From contig CAXXSV010000001.1 of assembly GCA_963666595.2 (NCBI GenBank), positions 261,040 to 325,039 on the forward strand: a stretch of DNA of 64,000 nt, read 5' to 3'. Source of the DNA: Opitutales bacterium (GTDB lineage Bacteria > Verrucomicrobiota > Verrucomicrobiia > Opitutales > CAXXNP01). The notes under the pieces are model-generated. The model did not search any database. It was not told the DNA's origin and saw only the letters and a list, made by a program, of their open reading frames with translations. Of the stretch, positions 38,788 to 49,112 are shown piece by piece. The stretch's first letter is position 1. Every line of letters begins with the position of its first letter. The position numbers and the translations under genes were made by a program.

Positions 38788-41445
38788 ATGAGACTTACCG
38801 TCGTTAATAAACTTGGAATCGGTATCGGGACTCTCTTGGCCCTGATTCTGTTCACCGGTCTGGTTTCCCTCTGGCAAACCGATTTCATTGAAGAAAAGAT
38901 CAGGGAGATAACCGAGGTGGAAGAGCCCACCAGCGCCGCCGCCTTCGAGATGGAGATCAACCTGATAGGCACTGGCTTTGCACTGGTCGCCTACTTGCAC
39001 GACCACGATCCGTTACACCTCGAGCGCATCGCCAAGGACAAGGCCGATTTCGAGCATTTTCAGAGAAGATACCACGAATTGGCCGAATCCGAAATGGGCA
39101 AGGCCCTGGGCCGTCAGGTGGATGCCGGCTACACCAAATTTAAAACCATCGCCGATGAATTGATAGCGCTCGAAGACGAGCATACTAGGATATTGAGGAT
39201 GTTGCTACAAAACACCCAAAGAATCGATGATCTGCTGGATGATTTTCTCCAGGACACCGCCGAGATCAATGTTGCTTTGAATCACCAGGAGATGGACGAT
39301 TTTTTGGAAAACTTAAAAAGGCGAATCGAGAGTGGGGAAAGCAATATTGATAGCATTATTGATACCATGCACCAATTTAATCTCAGTGATATGCACGAAG
39401 ACGATAAGCTGAGTGTGGCACAGGGAATGGAGGTCAACCTCTATGAAGTGAATGATGGCCTGGGCAAATTCCTGTTTTCCCAAGACCACACCTATGTAGA
39501 TGAAATTAGAAATGACCTGTATAAATTCATGGAAGACCTTGATACTTATAGGAGCTTTAATCTTACCGAGCAGGAACAGGGATGGGGGCAGAGTCTCTTT
39601 GATCTCGGCAATACAATGGAGCAATTGGTCGAGAAGACTATTGAGATCGCCATTGTGAAAGAGACCAAACTGGCGGAGTTTGTCGAGATCCGCCGAGGCC
39701 TTGATGACATTTTGGACGATGAGATTCAAGTCCTTACCCACAAAGACCTCACACAGGCTAAGGTTGATGCCTTCGAGGCGGAGACACGGGCTAATGTTAT
39801 AATATTCGCTGTGCTCTTCATCGGCCTTTTCATTGGCATCTTCGCCTCCATAATTACCGCTCGCAGCATCACCAAGCCGGTCGGTGAGCTAGTTTCAGCC
39901 ACCGAGGCCCTTGCCAGAGGCGACCGGAGCCACCGTGTGGATATTAAATCCGGCGACGAGTTCGAGTACCTGGGCCTTTCTTTCAACCGCATGGTCGAGG
40001 AGTTGGACAAGACAACTGTTTCACGCGATTACGTAGAAAACATTATTCAGTCGATGTCCGAAAGCCTCATAATCATTTCCTCCGAAAATAAAATCAAAGC
40101 GATAAATCCCGCTACCATCGCCCTCCTAGGTTACCGCAATGAGGAGCTCTTCGGTCAGCCGATCAGCAAAATTTCAAACGATGAAAAGCTTCTCGATGCA
40201 TTGGACGAAGCTACCAGTGAAAACGGACAAATCGCCGTTTTCGAAGCCACCTACAAGGCTAAAGACGGCCGCGAGATTCCAGTTCTTTTTTCCGGCTCTG
40301 CCTTGGGCAGCGGCGAACGGAACGATGAAAGGGTCTGCGTGGCACTGGACATAACCAAGCACAAACAGGTGGAGGAAGCTTACCTCGATCTGTTCGATTC
40401 CGCACCTGTCTCCTATCACGAAATTGACCGGAAGGGCAATATGATACGCGTAAACCAGACCGAATTGGACCTTCTTGGCTATACCCGCGAGGAAATGATA
40501 GGGCATTCAGTATCCAAATTTACCGAAAATCCTGAGGTTTCGATCATCGCTGTGAAAGAAAAGTTGAAGGGCAAAAAACCACTCGAAGGGTACGAGAGAA
40601 TATACAGGCGCAAGAATGGGAGCTTCATCGATTTTTATATTGAGGAGCGCTATATCTATAGTGTGGGAGGACAAGTTACAGGCATCCGAACCGCCATGCA
40701 AGACATCACCGAGCGCAAGAAGATCGAAAAAGAGCGGGAACTGCTGATGGCGGAACTGGAAACCAAAAATGCCGAGATGGAGCGCTTCACCTATACCGTT
40801 TCCCACGACCTGAAAAGCCCACTTTTCACTATGAAGGGTTACCTGGGTCTTTTGGAGGAAGACCTGGAGGAGGACAATAGAGAGCAATTAAAATTGGACA
40901 TGAAAACGATCCATGAGGCAGCCGACAAGATGGCACAAATGCTGGATGAACTGCTCGAGTTGTCCCGAGTCGGCCGTGTAGTCAATCAGTCCGTGAATAT
41001 TCCTTTTGCGGAGTTGGCCCAAGAGGCTGTCGAACTGGTGGCCGGCAGCCTGGCCGAAAATAATGTGAAAGTGGACATCGATCCCAACCCTGTCCTCGTT
41101 TATGGCGACCGCCCACGGCTAGCGGAGGTTATGCAGAACCTGATCGATAATGCCGTCAAGTATAGGGGAGATCAGACTGAGTCACGGATACAAATAGGGG
41201 CACGCAAAGAAAACGGCGAGATCATTTGTCACGTGCGTGATAATGGCATGGGTATCGACCCCGCCTATCACGAAATAGTATTTGGGCTTTTCGAAATGCT
41301 CAACAAGGAGGCGAAAGGCACTGGAATCGGCCTGGCCCTGGTAAAACGCATCGTCGAAGTGCACGGTGGGCGCATCTGGATAGAGTCCGATGGCAATAAC
41401 CGTGGCAGCACCTTTTATTTTTCCTTGCCTAAGGGCCAAAAATAG
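38788..41445 (+). CDS. Sensor histidine kinase (TM - helical sensor - TM - HAMP - 2 x PAS - HisKA - HATPase)
   Basis: 885 aa. Two TM segments flank a ~300-aa helical domain. The H-box is FTYTVSHDLKSPL. The N/G boxes are NLIDNAVKY, DNGMGID and GTGIGLALVKRIV. Confidence 0.9.
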   Translation: MRLTVVNKLGIGIGTLLALILFTGLVSLWQTDFIEEKIREITEVEEPTSAAAFEMEINLIGTGFALVAYLHDHDPLHLERIAKDKADFEHFQRRYHELAESEMGKALGRQVDAGYTKFKTIADELIALEDEHTRILRMLLQNTQRIDDLLDDFLQDTAEINVALNHQEMDDFLENLKRRIESGESNIDSIIDTMHQFNLSDMHEDDKLSVAQGMEVNLYEVNDGLGKFLFSQDHTYVDEIRNDLYKFMEDLDTYRSFNLTEQEQGWGQSLFDLGNTMEQLVEKTIEIAIVKETKLAEFVEIRRGLDDILDDEIQVLTHKDLTQAKVDAFEAETRANVIIFAVLFIGLFIGIFASIITARSITKPVGELVSATEALARGDRSHRVDIKSGDEFEYLGLSFNRMVEELDKTTVSRDYVENIIQSMSESLIIISSENKIKAINPATIALLGYRNEELFGQPISKISNDEKLLDALDEATSENGQIAVFEATYKAKDGREIPVLFSGSALGSGERNDERVCVALDITKHKQVEEAYLDLFDSAPVSYHEIDRKGNMIRVNQTELDLLGYTREEMIGHSVSKFTENPEVSIIAVKEKLKGKKPLEGYERIYRRKNGSFIDFYIEERYIYSVGGQVTGIRTAMQDITERKKIEKERELLMAELETKNAEMERFTYTVSHDLKSPLFTMKGYLGLLEEDLEEDNREQLKLDMKTIHEAADKMAQMLDELLELSRVGRVVNQSVNIPFAELAQEAVELVAGSLAENNVKVDIDPNPVLVYGDRPRLAEVMQNLIDNAVKYRGDQTESRIQIGARKENGEIICHVRDNGMGIDPAYHEIVFGLFEMLNKEAKGTGIGLALVKRIVEVHGGRIWIESDGNNRGSTFYFSLPKGQK

Positions 41446-41472
41446 TCTAACTGTTTTAAAACTTAGGTAATA

Positions 41473-41937
41473 ATGACGGACAAACCCGCAACGATACTAC
41501 TTGTCGAAGATGACCCGGCTCACGCCGAACTTATCAAGCGGAATTTTCGGAGGCACCAGGTTTCCAACGTTCTCTATCACGTTTCCGACGGCGTTGCCGC
41601 GCTGGATTACTTTCACCGCCGGGGTGATTTCGCCGACCCGAAAAAAAGCCCCCGGCCAAAACTGGTTATTCTGGACCTCCGCATGCCAAAGGTGGACGGC
41701 CTTGAGGTGTTGAAGGATATCAAATCAAACAATAAATTGAAGAGCATTCCGGTCGTTATTCTGACTACTTCCCATGCGAGAAAGGATGTGGACCGGGCCT
41801 ACAAGGAAAACGCCAACAGCTACCTGGTTAAACCAACCAACCCTGCCAAATTTAAACAATTGATGACTGATCTGGGCTTTTTCTGGCTGTCCTGGAATTA
41901 TTGGCCATTCGTGGAAAAAGATTTTCCGCTGTCATAA
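41473..41937 (+). CDS. Single-domain response regulator (receiver only)
   Basis: 154 aa. LLVEDDPAHAELI, the phospho-acceptor context LVILDLRMPKVDG, VVILTTS and NSYLVKP are present. Confidence 0.9.
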   Translation: MTDKPATILLVEDDPAHAELIKRNFRRHQVSNVLYHVSDGVAALDYFHRRGDFADPKKSPRPKLVILDLRMPKVDGLEVLKDIKSNNKLKSIPVVILTTSHARKDVDRAYKENANSYLVKPTNPAKFKQLMTDLGFFWLSWNYWPFVEKDFPLS

Positions 41938-42061
41938 CCAACCCTCTACTATTGACCAAGGATGACTGCGTAGAGGTACGGGAGAAGGTGCAAAGGGACA
42001 GAGGAACAAAGGTTTTTGACCAACGACCAAGGAATAGGGACCGTCGTCCGTAGATCGATAA

Positions 42062-44530
42062 TCAGGAAACGCTCGAAGCGGGCATGTCCTGCTTGAAACC
42101 CAGGCGGTCGTCCTCGACGATTACTTTGACGGGCTCGCTCTTTTTGATTCCACCGCGCAGGATCGATTCGGCCAATGGGTCTTCGAGGTAGCGCTCGATT
42201 GCGCGGCGCAGCGGACGGGCTCCATATTTTTCGTCGTACCCGTTATCGATGAGGAAAATTTTTGCCTCGTCACTGACCTCAAGCGTAATATTTTGTTCCT
42301 GCAGGCGCTTGAACACCTTTGAGAGTTCCAGCTCGACTATTTTCAGGAGGTTTTCGCGGGTGAGGGAACGGAACACGATCAGATCATTGATGCGGTTGAG
42401 GAATTCGGGCTTAAATATGCGCTTTGATTCCTCGAGGATTTTTTCCTTTATCTTTTCGAAATCGCCCTGCGCGTCCTTGGTGGTGTCAAAGCCCAGGCTG
42501 CTGGACTTTTGCAGAGTGCGCGCACCCACGTTGGTGGTCATAATGATGATGGTATTGCGAAAATCAACTGTGCGTCCAAGGCTGTCGGTAAGCTGGCCAT
42601 CCTCGAGCACTTGCAGCAATATCTGTATGACATCGGGATGTGCCTTCTCAATTTCGTCGAAAAGGACCACGCAATAGGGTTTGCGCCGGACGGTTTCAGT
42701 TAACTGGCCGCCCTCTTCGTATCCGACGTAACCGGGTGGAGAGCCGATCAGGCGTGAAACGGCAAATTTTTCCATGTATTCGGACATGTCGATCTGCACG
42801 ATAGCTTCCTGCTCGCCAAACATCTTTTCGGCGAGAATCTTGCCCAGGTAGGTCTTCCCCACCCCTGTGGGTCCGAGGAATAAAAATGTGCCGATGGGCC
42901 GGCGCGGATCCTTGATGTCGGCCCGGCTGCGCCTCAGGGCTTTGGCAATCGCGGTGGTAGCTTCGCTCTGGCCGATGACATCCTTATCAAGTTCTGATTC
43001 AAGCTTGAGGAGTTTTTCGGATTCCTTCTCTTCCATGCGGCTCAAGGGAATGCCCGTCCAGTCGGAGACAATTTGGAGCATGTCGTCTTCATCCACTATG
43101 ATCTTGGTTTCGGAGCGAGTGCGTTTCCATTCCTCGAGGAGTAATTCGCGCTTGGCGCGCAGTTGTTTTTCATCATCGCGGAATTTGGCGGCGTCCTCGA
43201 AACGTTGTTTGCTGATAGCTCCTTCTTTTCGGGCGCAAACATCTTCGATCTGTTTTCCCATTTCTTCAATTTCGGGAGGGCGGTTGAGGGAATTGATTCG
43301 GGCGCGTGAACCGGATTCATCGAGCACGTCGATGGCCTTGTCGGGCAGGTAACGCCCGGTGATATAGCGTTCCGATAGCTTGGTGGCCGTAACGAGTGAA
43401 CTGTCAGTATATTCGACCTTGTGGTGCTCTTCGTATTTGCTGCGGATACCCTTCAGGATTTTTATGGTGTCTTCAATCGATGGTGCTTCGACCACGATAC
43501 TTTGGAAACGGCGGTCGAGCGCACTGTCTTTCTCAATATATTTGCGGTATTCCGCCAAGGTGGTCGCGCCGACACATTGAAGTTCGCCGCGAGAAAGGGC
43601 GGGTTTGAAGATATTGGAGGCGTCCATGGCTCCTTCGGCCGCTCCGGCTCCAACGATGGTGTGCAACTCATCGATGAAAATTATGACGTTCTTGGCGCGG
43701 CGGATTTCATCCATCACCGCTTTAATACGCTCCTCGAATTGGCCGCGGTACTTGGTGCCTGCGACCATGAGAGCCAGATCAAGGGTGATAACCCGCTTGT
43801 CGGCCAGAAGTTCGGGAATGATACCGGCGGCTATCTCCAGCGCCAGACCCTCCACGATGGCGGTCTTGCCCACGCCGGCTTCGCCTATGAGTACCGGGTT
43901 GTTTTTTGTGCGCCGGCAGAGTATCTGGATGACCCGGCGGATTTCCTTCTTGCGGCCTATTACAGGGTCGAGTTCGCCTTGGCGGGCGAGTTGTGTAAGG
44001 TCACGTCCAAAAGCTTTGAGGGCCGGGGTCTTCAGGTCTTTTTTCTCTTCGCCGACGGCTCCGGCCTCTTCGTATTCCCCGCTGAAATTCGGATCGAGTT
44101 CAGCCAGGATTTCGTTGCGGCAGCGCTCTATATCAACATCGAGACTTTTTAGCACGCGGGCGGCCACTCCTTCACCTTCGCGCAGGAGGCCGAGAAGGAT
44201 GTGCTCGGTACCCACGTAGCTGTGGTTGAGGGCCTTGGCTTCCTTTCCGGCCAATGCCAATACTTTCTTCACACGGGGGGTGTAAGGGATGTTGCCGGCA
44301 GTTCTGGCTTCCGGACCCATTCCGACCTGTTTTTCGACCGCTGTGCGCACCGTTTCGAGGTCCAACCCCATTTTCTGAAGAACGTTGACGGCTACACCCT
44401 GCCCCAAGTTGATGAGGCCGAGCAGGAGGTGCTCGGTCCCTACGTAATTGTGGTGAAAGCGGTCAGCTTCTTTGCGGGCAAGGGCTAGCACTTGCTGTGC
44501 GCGCGGAGTGAAGTTGTTCATGGGTTCCAT
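42062..44530 (-). CDS. clpC: ATP-dependent Clp protease ATP-binding subunit ClpC
   Basis: 822 aa. Clp_N repeats, two AAA+ modules ([16 protein letters not shown]) and a short UVR-like linker ([14 protein letters not shown]) are present. It lies directly downstream of mcsA-mcsB. Confidence 0.92.
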   Translation of the reverse strand: MEPMNNFTPRAQQVLALARKEADRFHHNYVGTEHLLLGLINLGQGVAVNVLQKMGLDLETVRTAVEKQVGMGPEARTAGNIPYTPRVKKVLALAGKEAKALNHSYVGTEHILLGLLREGEGVAARVLKSLDVDIERCRNEILAELDPNFSGEYEEAGAVGEEKKDLKTPALKAFGRDLTQLARQGELDPVIGRKKEIRRVIQILCRRTKNNPVLIGEAGVGKTAIVEGLALEIAAGIIPELLADKRVITLDLALMVAGTKYRGQFEERIKAVMDEIRRAKNVIIFIDELHTIVGAGAAEGAMDASNIFKPALSRGELQCVGATTLAEYRKYIEKDSALDRRFQSIVVEAPSIEDTIKILKGIRSKYEEHHKVEYTDSSLVTATKLSERYITGRYLPDKAIDVLDESGSRARINSLNRPPEIEEMGKQIEDVCARKEGAISKQRFEDAAKFRDDEKQLRAKRELLLEEWKRTRSETKIIVDEDDMLQIVSDWTGIPLSRMEEKESEKLLKLESELDKDVIGQSEATTAIAKALRRSRADIKDPRRPIGTFLFLGPTGVGKTYLGKILAEKMFGEQEAIVQIDMSEYMEKFAVSRLIGSPPGYVGYEEGGQLTETVRRKPYCVVLFDEIEKAHPDVIQILLQVLEDGQLTDSLGRTVDFRNTIIIMTTNVGARTLQKSSSLGFDTTKDAQGDFEKIKEKILEESKRIFKPEFLNRINDLIVFRSLTRENLLKIVELELSKVFKRLQEQNITLEVSDEAKIFLIDNGYDEKYGARPLRRAIERYLEDPLAESILRGGIKKSEPVKVIVEDDRLGFKQDMPASSVS

Positions 44531-44562
44531 GTATGCTGATTTTCGGCTGGGGGAAGGTTCGA

Positions 44563-45648
44563 TCAGTTCATTAGATCTTCAAAATTGAGAGCAGGTAATC
44601 CTGCAAAATGTTCCCTTAAATAGCGAGCACGAAATTTATCGCGTTTGGCGGGGTCAATCTTTTCGTGGGCCGCGAATTGCACGTGGCCGGGCTGGCTCTC
44701 GATCAAAGCTCGGTCAATGAGCTTGCGGTTTTCTTCAGGCAGCAAACTCAGGTCCACAGCCAGGCGCATCAGCGATAAAAGGTTCATGACTTCAGCCGAG
44801 CTTAAAAGGTGTCCGTGGGACAAAATTCCGTAGGCGCGGCCAATTTTATCGAAGAATTTCGTCGGATCCGTTTCGAGGATCTTTTGGCGGGCGTTTTCCT
44901 CTTGTTCGATTATCGAATCGAGTACGCTTATCAGGCGTTTGAGGATTTCCTCCTCGGATTCTCCCAGGGTCTGCTGATTGGAAATCTGAAAGATGCTCCC
45001 GCTGGCATCTGAACCCTCTCCAAAAAGACCCCGCACGGCGATTCCGAGCTTGTTGACGGCGCGAACCACTTTTTCCATTTGATTTGCCAGGACGAGACCC
45101 GGCAGGTGCAACATTGCAGAGGCTCTCATACCGGTGCCCACGTTGGTGGGGCAGGCGGTGAGGTAGCCCAGTTCGGGCACGAAGGCGTAGTCGATGGTGG
45201 CTTCAATAGCGTTATCGATGGCATTGATGGATTTCCATATTTCCTTGAGCTTGTAACCGCTTCGCACGATCTGAATGCGGAGATGGTCTTCCTCGTTGAG
45301 CATGATGGCGCAAGATTGGTCGCCGCTGATAACTACGCCGGCGCTCTTCTTGCTTTGCATCATTTCCCTGCTTATGAGATGGCGCTCCATTAGTATCTGT
45401 TTTTCCAGATCGCTCAAATTCTCAACCAGGAATTCATTGCCTTCATTCATCTGCGGCAGGGCTTTAACGGCTTCGAGACAGGATGCCAGAATTTCCCGCC
45501 TTTGAGACTCTTTGGCCCACTCCGGGAAAGGATATTGAGCCAGGTTACGGGCCAGCCTCACACGCGTGCTCAGCACGATGGCGCGAGTTGAGTTGCTGCC
45601 ATGAGTCAGCTCAGCTTTGGCTTCCAGGAGTGAACGGATGGATTCCAT
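44563..45648 (-). CDS. mcsB: Protein arginine kinase McsB
   Basis: 361 aa. Guanidino-kinase blocks RVRLARNLAQYPFP, NEEDHLRIQ and GTGMRASAMLHLPGL are present. Confidence 0.88.
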   Translation of the reverse strand: MESIRSLLEAKAELTHGSNSTRAIVLSTRVRLARNLAQYPFPEWAKESQRREILASCLEAVKALPQMNEGNEFLVENLSDLEKQILMERHLISREMMQSKKSAGVVISGDQSCAIMLNEEDHLRIQIVRSGYKLKEIWKSINAIDNAIEATIDYAFVPELGYLTACPTNVGTGMRASAMLHLPGLVLANQMEKVVRAVNKLGIAVRGLFGEGSDASGSIFQISNQQTLGESEEEILKRLISVLDSIIEQEENARQKILETDPTKFFDKIGRAYGILSHGHLLSSAEVMNLLSLMRLAVDLSLLPEENRKLIDRALIESQPGHVQFAAHEKIDPAKRDKFRARYLREHFAGLPALNFEDLMN

Positions 45649-46169
45649 TAGTTGTCTGATTTGGTTTTGGTGTCTTCACCCAATTGCTTGATTTCGTCGC
45701 GATAACGGGCCGCGTCTTCGTAGCGCTCGGCTTCTATGGCCTGCTCAAGATTTTGCTTCATACCATCCATACGTTCGCGCAGTGATACTTGCTGTATTGC
45801 GCGGCTGGGCACTTTGCCGCGATGCTCGGTGCCCATGTGCATATTGGAGAGGATGGGATCGATAATTTCGCGGAAATTCCCGTAACAGTCGGGGCAGCCC
45901 AAGTGCCCGAGCCTCTTGAAATCGGACGGTGAAAAGCCGCAACGATCGCAAACCAACTTCTGGTGCGAGGCTTCGGTGAAAATATGGGGTTTGGCCAAAA
46001 GATCGGCCAGGGAGAAACCGCTGGGATCGGTCACACCCTTCTCTTTGGCGCATTTCTCGCAAAGGTCCACCTTCTGGATGTGGTTGTCGATAATCTGCGT
46101 GAGATGCACCGTGGCCGCCTCGTGGCAAACTTCGCATTTCAGTGATTTGCCCATCTTACCTTTCAACAT
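45648..46169 (-). CDS. mcsA: McsA-like activator of protein arginine kinase (zinc-finger plus UVR motif)
   Basis: 173 aa. The Cys clusters are CEVCHE...CEKC and CDRCG...CPDC. The C-terminal UVR motif is AIEAERYEDAARYRDEIKQL. Its stop overlaps the mcsB ATG (TAATG). Confidence 0.85.
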   Translation of the reverse strand: MLKGKMGKSLKCEVCHEAATVHLTQIIDNHIQKVDLCEKCAKEKGVTDPSGFSLADLLAKPHIFTEASHQKLVCDRCGFSPSDFKRLGHLGCPDCYGNFREIIDPILSNMHMGTEHRGKVPSRAIQQVSLRERMDGMKQNLEQAIEAERYEDAARYRDEIKQLGEDTKTKSDN

Positions 46170-46350
46170 ACTATTTTAATCGTGCTTTTTGAAGCTATTT
46201 CAAGGATTAAATAAATAAAATAAATTTTGTCCGGTTTCGCTTTCCCGCTACACAATGATATGCATTTATCGTGCCACTTTGAATAATAATTCACCTCGAA
46301 ATGCGCCCGAAAGCAGAGCCATTCCAAATATCGGCTCATATGCAATCTTG

Positions 46351-47217
46351 TTAAAGAAGAGTGCCGTCGCTGGACACACGCCCCCGGAATTCTTTCATGA
46401 AACTGAGGGTAACAGGCCCCGGGCGCCCCTCCCCCACCTTGCGGCCGTCAATCTCGGTGACGGGTACAATCTCGGCCGCAGTGCCTGTAAGAAAACACTC
46501 GTCGGCCGTCCACAAGTCGTAGGTGGTCAAGTTGGTCTCCCGAAGAGGCACTTTTTTCTCTTCGGCAATTTCCATGGCCACCTGGCGCGTAATGCCGTCT
46601 AGGGCGCCCGCGCTGGTGTCCGGTGTGTAAACGATGCCCTTGCTGACCGTAAAAATATTTTCGCCCGTGCACTCGGCCACGAAACCCTGATCGTTGAGCA
46701 TGACGGCCTCCATGCAGCCGCTCTGGATGGCCTGGCTCTTTGCCAGGATATTATTTAAATAGTTAAGCGACTTGATCTTCGGCGGAACCGCCCCGGGGTT
46801 GATCCGCCGCGTTGAAACGGTGATTATTTTCAGCCCCTCCTTGTAATACTTATCGGGATACAATTGCACCTTGTCGGCGATAACGATCAAAGTAGGGTCC
46901 TTGCAGAGAGTCGGGTTGAGCCCGAGAGTTCCCGCCCCCCTGGTCACAACCAACCGGATATACCCATCGCGAAGACCGTTTGCCCGGCAAGTATTGCAGA
47001 CGGCCTCGGAAAGTTCATCGCGGCTCCACGGCAAATTTAGCATGATGGCCTTGGCCGAGCGATTGAGACGCTCCAAATGCGCCTCCAGCCGAAAAACGCA
47101 ACCATCGTAAATCCGGATACCCTCAAAAACACCATCGCCGTAAAGCAAACCATGATCAAAGACCGAAATCTTCGCATCCGCCTCCTCAACCAAGTCGCCA
47201 TTAATATATACTTTCAT
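46351..47217 (-). CDS. ilvE: Branched-chain amino acid aminotransferase (class IV)
   Basis: 288 aa. FDHGLLYGDGVFEGIR, the PLP-lysine region KIKSLNYL and the overall class IV layout are present. Confidence 0.88.
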   Translation of the reverse strand: MKVYINGDLVEEADAKISVFDHGLLYGDGVFEGIRIYDGCVFRLEAHLERLNRSAKAIMLNLPWSRDELSEAVCNTCRANGLRDGYIRLVVTRGAGTLGLNPTLCKDPTLIVIADKVQLYPDKYYKEGLKIITVSTRRINPGAVPPKIKSLNYLNNILAKSQAIQSGCMEAVMLNDQGFVAECTGENIFTVSKGIVYTPDTSAGALDGITRQVAMEIAEEKKVPLRETNLTTYDLWTADECFLTGTAAEIVPVTEIDGRKVGEGRPGPVTLSFMKEFRGRVSSDGTLL

Positions 47218-47362
47218 AAGTCCGTTAAATAAAAGAGCTTTCGATTTAGCCGTATTTGCGCTCGTTGTCTAGCGCGAACTTGATGGCCCGTTCCCCAAAA
47301 TCATAATAATCCCTTGCTAAATGCCACAACCCGGACGATATTAAACCTGTAAGGAAGAATCC

Positions 47363-48385
47363 ATGCGCAGTCTAACCGTGAACAGATCGAGAATACCACC
47401 CACAGTCGAAGATTCAGTGAGTTTCGTTCTTTCACGCATGCTTTCTGTCGTAGCCATGTGGATGCTTACACCACACCTGGCACAGGCCGGCTCGGGACTC
47501 TATGTGAGCAGCGAGTTTGGAGTCAACTTCACCCCGAACCTGGATATAACCGGCACGAGCAACGACCGGGCCAGTGTGTGTGATGAATTCATCAACCCGT
47601 TATTCGCGACGGTCACGCAAACTGAGGGGTATGAGAACTACAACTGCACGGGTGCGAATCGGGGTCAGGGTGACAACTGGATGAACAAGATTGACGGTTC
47701 CAAGGGTATCCTGGCCGGAGTGGCGCTTGGCTATAGACTATGGGATAAATATCAGGACAGTGCGTGGATCCGGTTTCGCGCCGAACTGGAATACTTCTAC
47801 CGCGCCACCGAATACGACCAGACCTCCTCCCTTCTTGACGCCTCCGGGGCCAGCGGCGACAAGTTGGTCCAGGAAATTTTAACGGCCACGGACAGCATAG
47901 GCAGCCTCACCTCGCACAATCTGTTTGGTAACCTATACTTCGACTTTCCGAACAGCAGCCAGTTCACGCCCTACGGGGGGATTGGCGTTGGCGTGGGGTT
48001 TACCGATATGGACTACGGCGGTGTGTGGGCGCGGAATCCCGACCCCAACGCGATTACAACGGGAGCCGGTTTGCCCAACGTGGACGAGATCCGAAGGAAT
48101 CTTGCCGGAAGCACCAGCAGTGCGCGAAACAAGCTTTCCGACAAGCTGTTCGGCTACCAGTTACTGTTCGGATTGGACTATGCACTCACCGAATCGATCA
48201 CTCTGGGGGTCAAGGGCCGCTGGGTTAACTTCGAGTCCTTCAGCGGTGGTGGCGTCGTCTGGGATCCGCTGCGCAGTCACCAACCCAATCTGCGCGCAGA
48301 CTTAAGCGAACCCGTATCGGGTGCAATCAAGACAGGGGACATCGAAATGTTCGGGTTCAGCGCAATCATAAAATACCACTTCTAG
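47363..48385 (+). CDS. Outer-membrane beta-barrel protein (paralog 1)
   Basis: 340 aa; the start may be the internal ATG at 47438, before the signal MLSVVAMWMLTPHLAQA. It shows an alternating beta-strand pattern and a C-terminal aromatic ...IIKYHF. It aligns with the ORF at 49113 (LFGYQLLFGLDYALTESITLGVKGRW / LFGFQFLGGLDYALTEKVSIGMKARW). Confidence 0.7.
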   Translation: MRSLTVNRSRIPPTVEDSVSFVLSRMLSVVAMWMLTPHLAQAGSGLYVSSEFGVNFTPNLDITGTSNDRASVCDEFINPLFATVTQTEGYENYNCTGANRGQGDNWMNKIDGSKGILAGVALGYRLWDKYQDSAWIRFRAELEYFYRATEYDQTSSLLDASGASGDKLVQEILTATDSIGSLTSHNLFGNLYFDFPNSSQFTPYGGIGVGVGFTDMDYGGVWARNPDPNAITTGAGLPNVDEIRRNLAGSTSSARNKLSDKLFGYQLLFGLDYALTESITLGVKGRWVNFESFSGGGVVWDPLRSHQPNLRADLSEPVSGAIKTGDIEMFGFSAIIKYHF

Positions 48386-48620
48386 TGAGATCTGTGGCCC
48401 GGGTTGCCGGCCCTCCGCAAAAAGAGCCTTTAAACCGCCATTGTTCGCCTAGTTCCGAATTCACCGCTGCTCTCAGATAGTAAATCACCGAAATTTCTGG
48501 TTGAAAAGTAGTGCTTTGATTTAACGGCGACAATGCACCCTCCGGGTTGCCACTCTCTAAAAATGCAATTGCAGCACCAGTCAAAGCTCGTACGGAACCC
48601 GGGTTTAGATCTATGGCCTT

Positions 48621-49001
48621 CACCGTGTTTTCCAGCCGCGACATCGTCGGCTGGCTCGCCAGTGGCTGCTCCACCCCGCTGATCGTCTGCAGGGTCCCAT
48701 CACTACGCATCCGGGCGCAGTCATTCGCATCCGGATAGCCGCCCATGATCTGATAGATCCGTTGGGTCAGCAATTCTTTCATACCATGCGTCGGATCAAC
48801 CCGTCCGTCGCTGATGCATCCGGCCAGTTTCTCAATCCATCCAAGCGATTTTTCAAATTCCCCGATCGCCAGGAGCCCCGCATCCGAAGTTAATTCCGGT
48901 TCATCGAAAACAATCGAAACCTTTTTTCCGTTTAAGCCTTGAAATTCGAGTTCCTTTGCATCACGATTTTTTACCGGTGGACTTTTTGTTTTTGTTGGCA
49001 T
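48621..49001 (-). pseudogene. IS1380-family transposase, N-terminal ~127-codon fragment
   Basis: Track ORF 48366..49001. ...FDEPELTSDAGLLAIGEFEKSLGWIEKLAGCISDGRVDPTHGMKELLTQRIYQIMGGYPDANDCARMRSDGTLQ...LASQPTMSRLEN is the characteristic IS1380 N-terminus. After residue ~127 the frame continues into unrelated TPR-like sequence, and no DDE domain follows. Confidence 0.7.
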
Positions 49002-49112
49002 AACCTGTTTTATAACAGGTTCTTACAAAAGCCTACCTTTTTATTGGTGAATTACGCAGGCTAAATCAGCCTACAAGAGGTTGTGTTTGTGTAGTTAAGT
49101 ATATAAGCCCCC

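Noticed and set aside
43421-44152. 243-aa and 204-aa plus-strand ORFs inside clpC, and similar long ORFs antisense to the M61 peptidase (17016-17681) and to the IS transposase (50495-51115, 51323-52117)
   Set aside because: All are antisense to well-supported genes and lack recognisable domains. I treated them as non-coding shadows.
46266-46274. A 9-nt match (TTATCGTGC) to one arm of the dif-like palindrome, upstream of mcsA
   Set aside because: A 9-mer is expected about 0.5 times by chance in this window. No partner arm is present at the correct spacing.
46170-46350. Searched upstream of mcsA for a CtsR operator (direct repeat of GGTCAAA-type heptads)
   Set aside because: No such repeat is visible on either strand. 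Only AT-rich promoter-like sequence is present.
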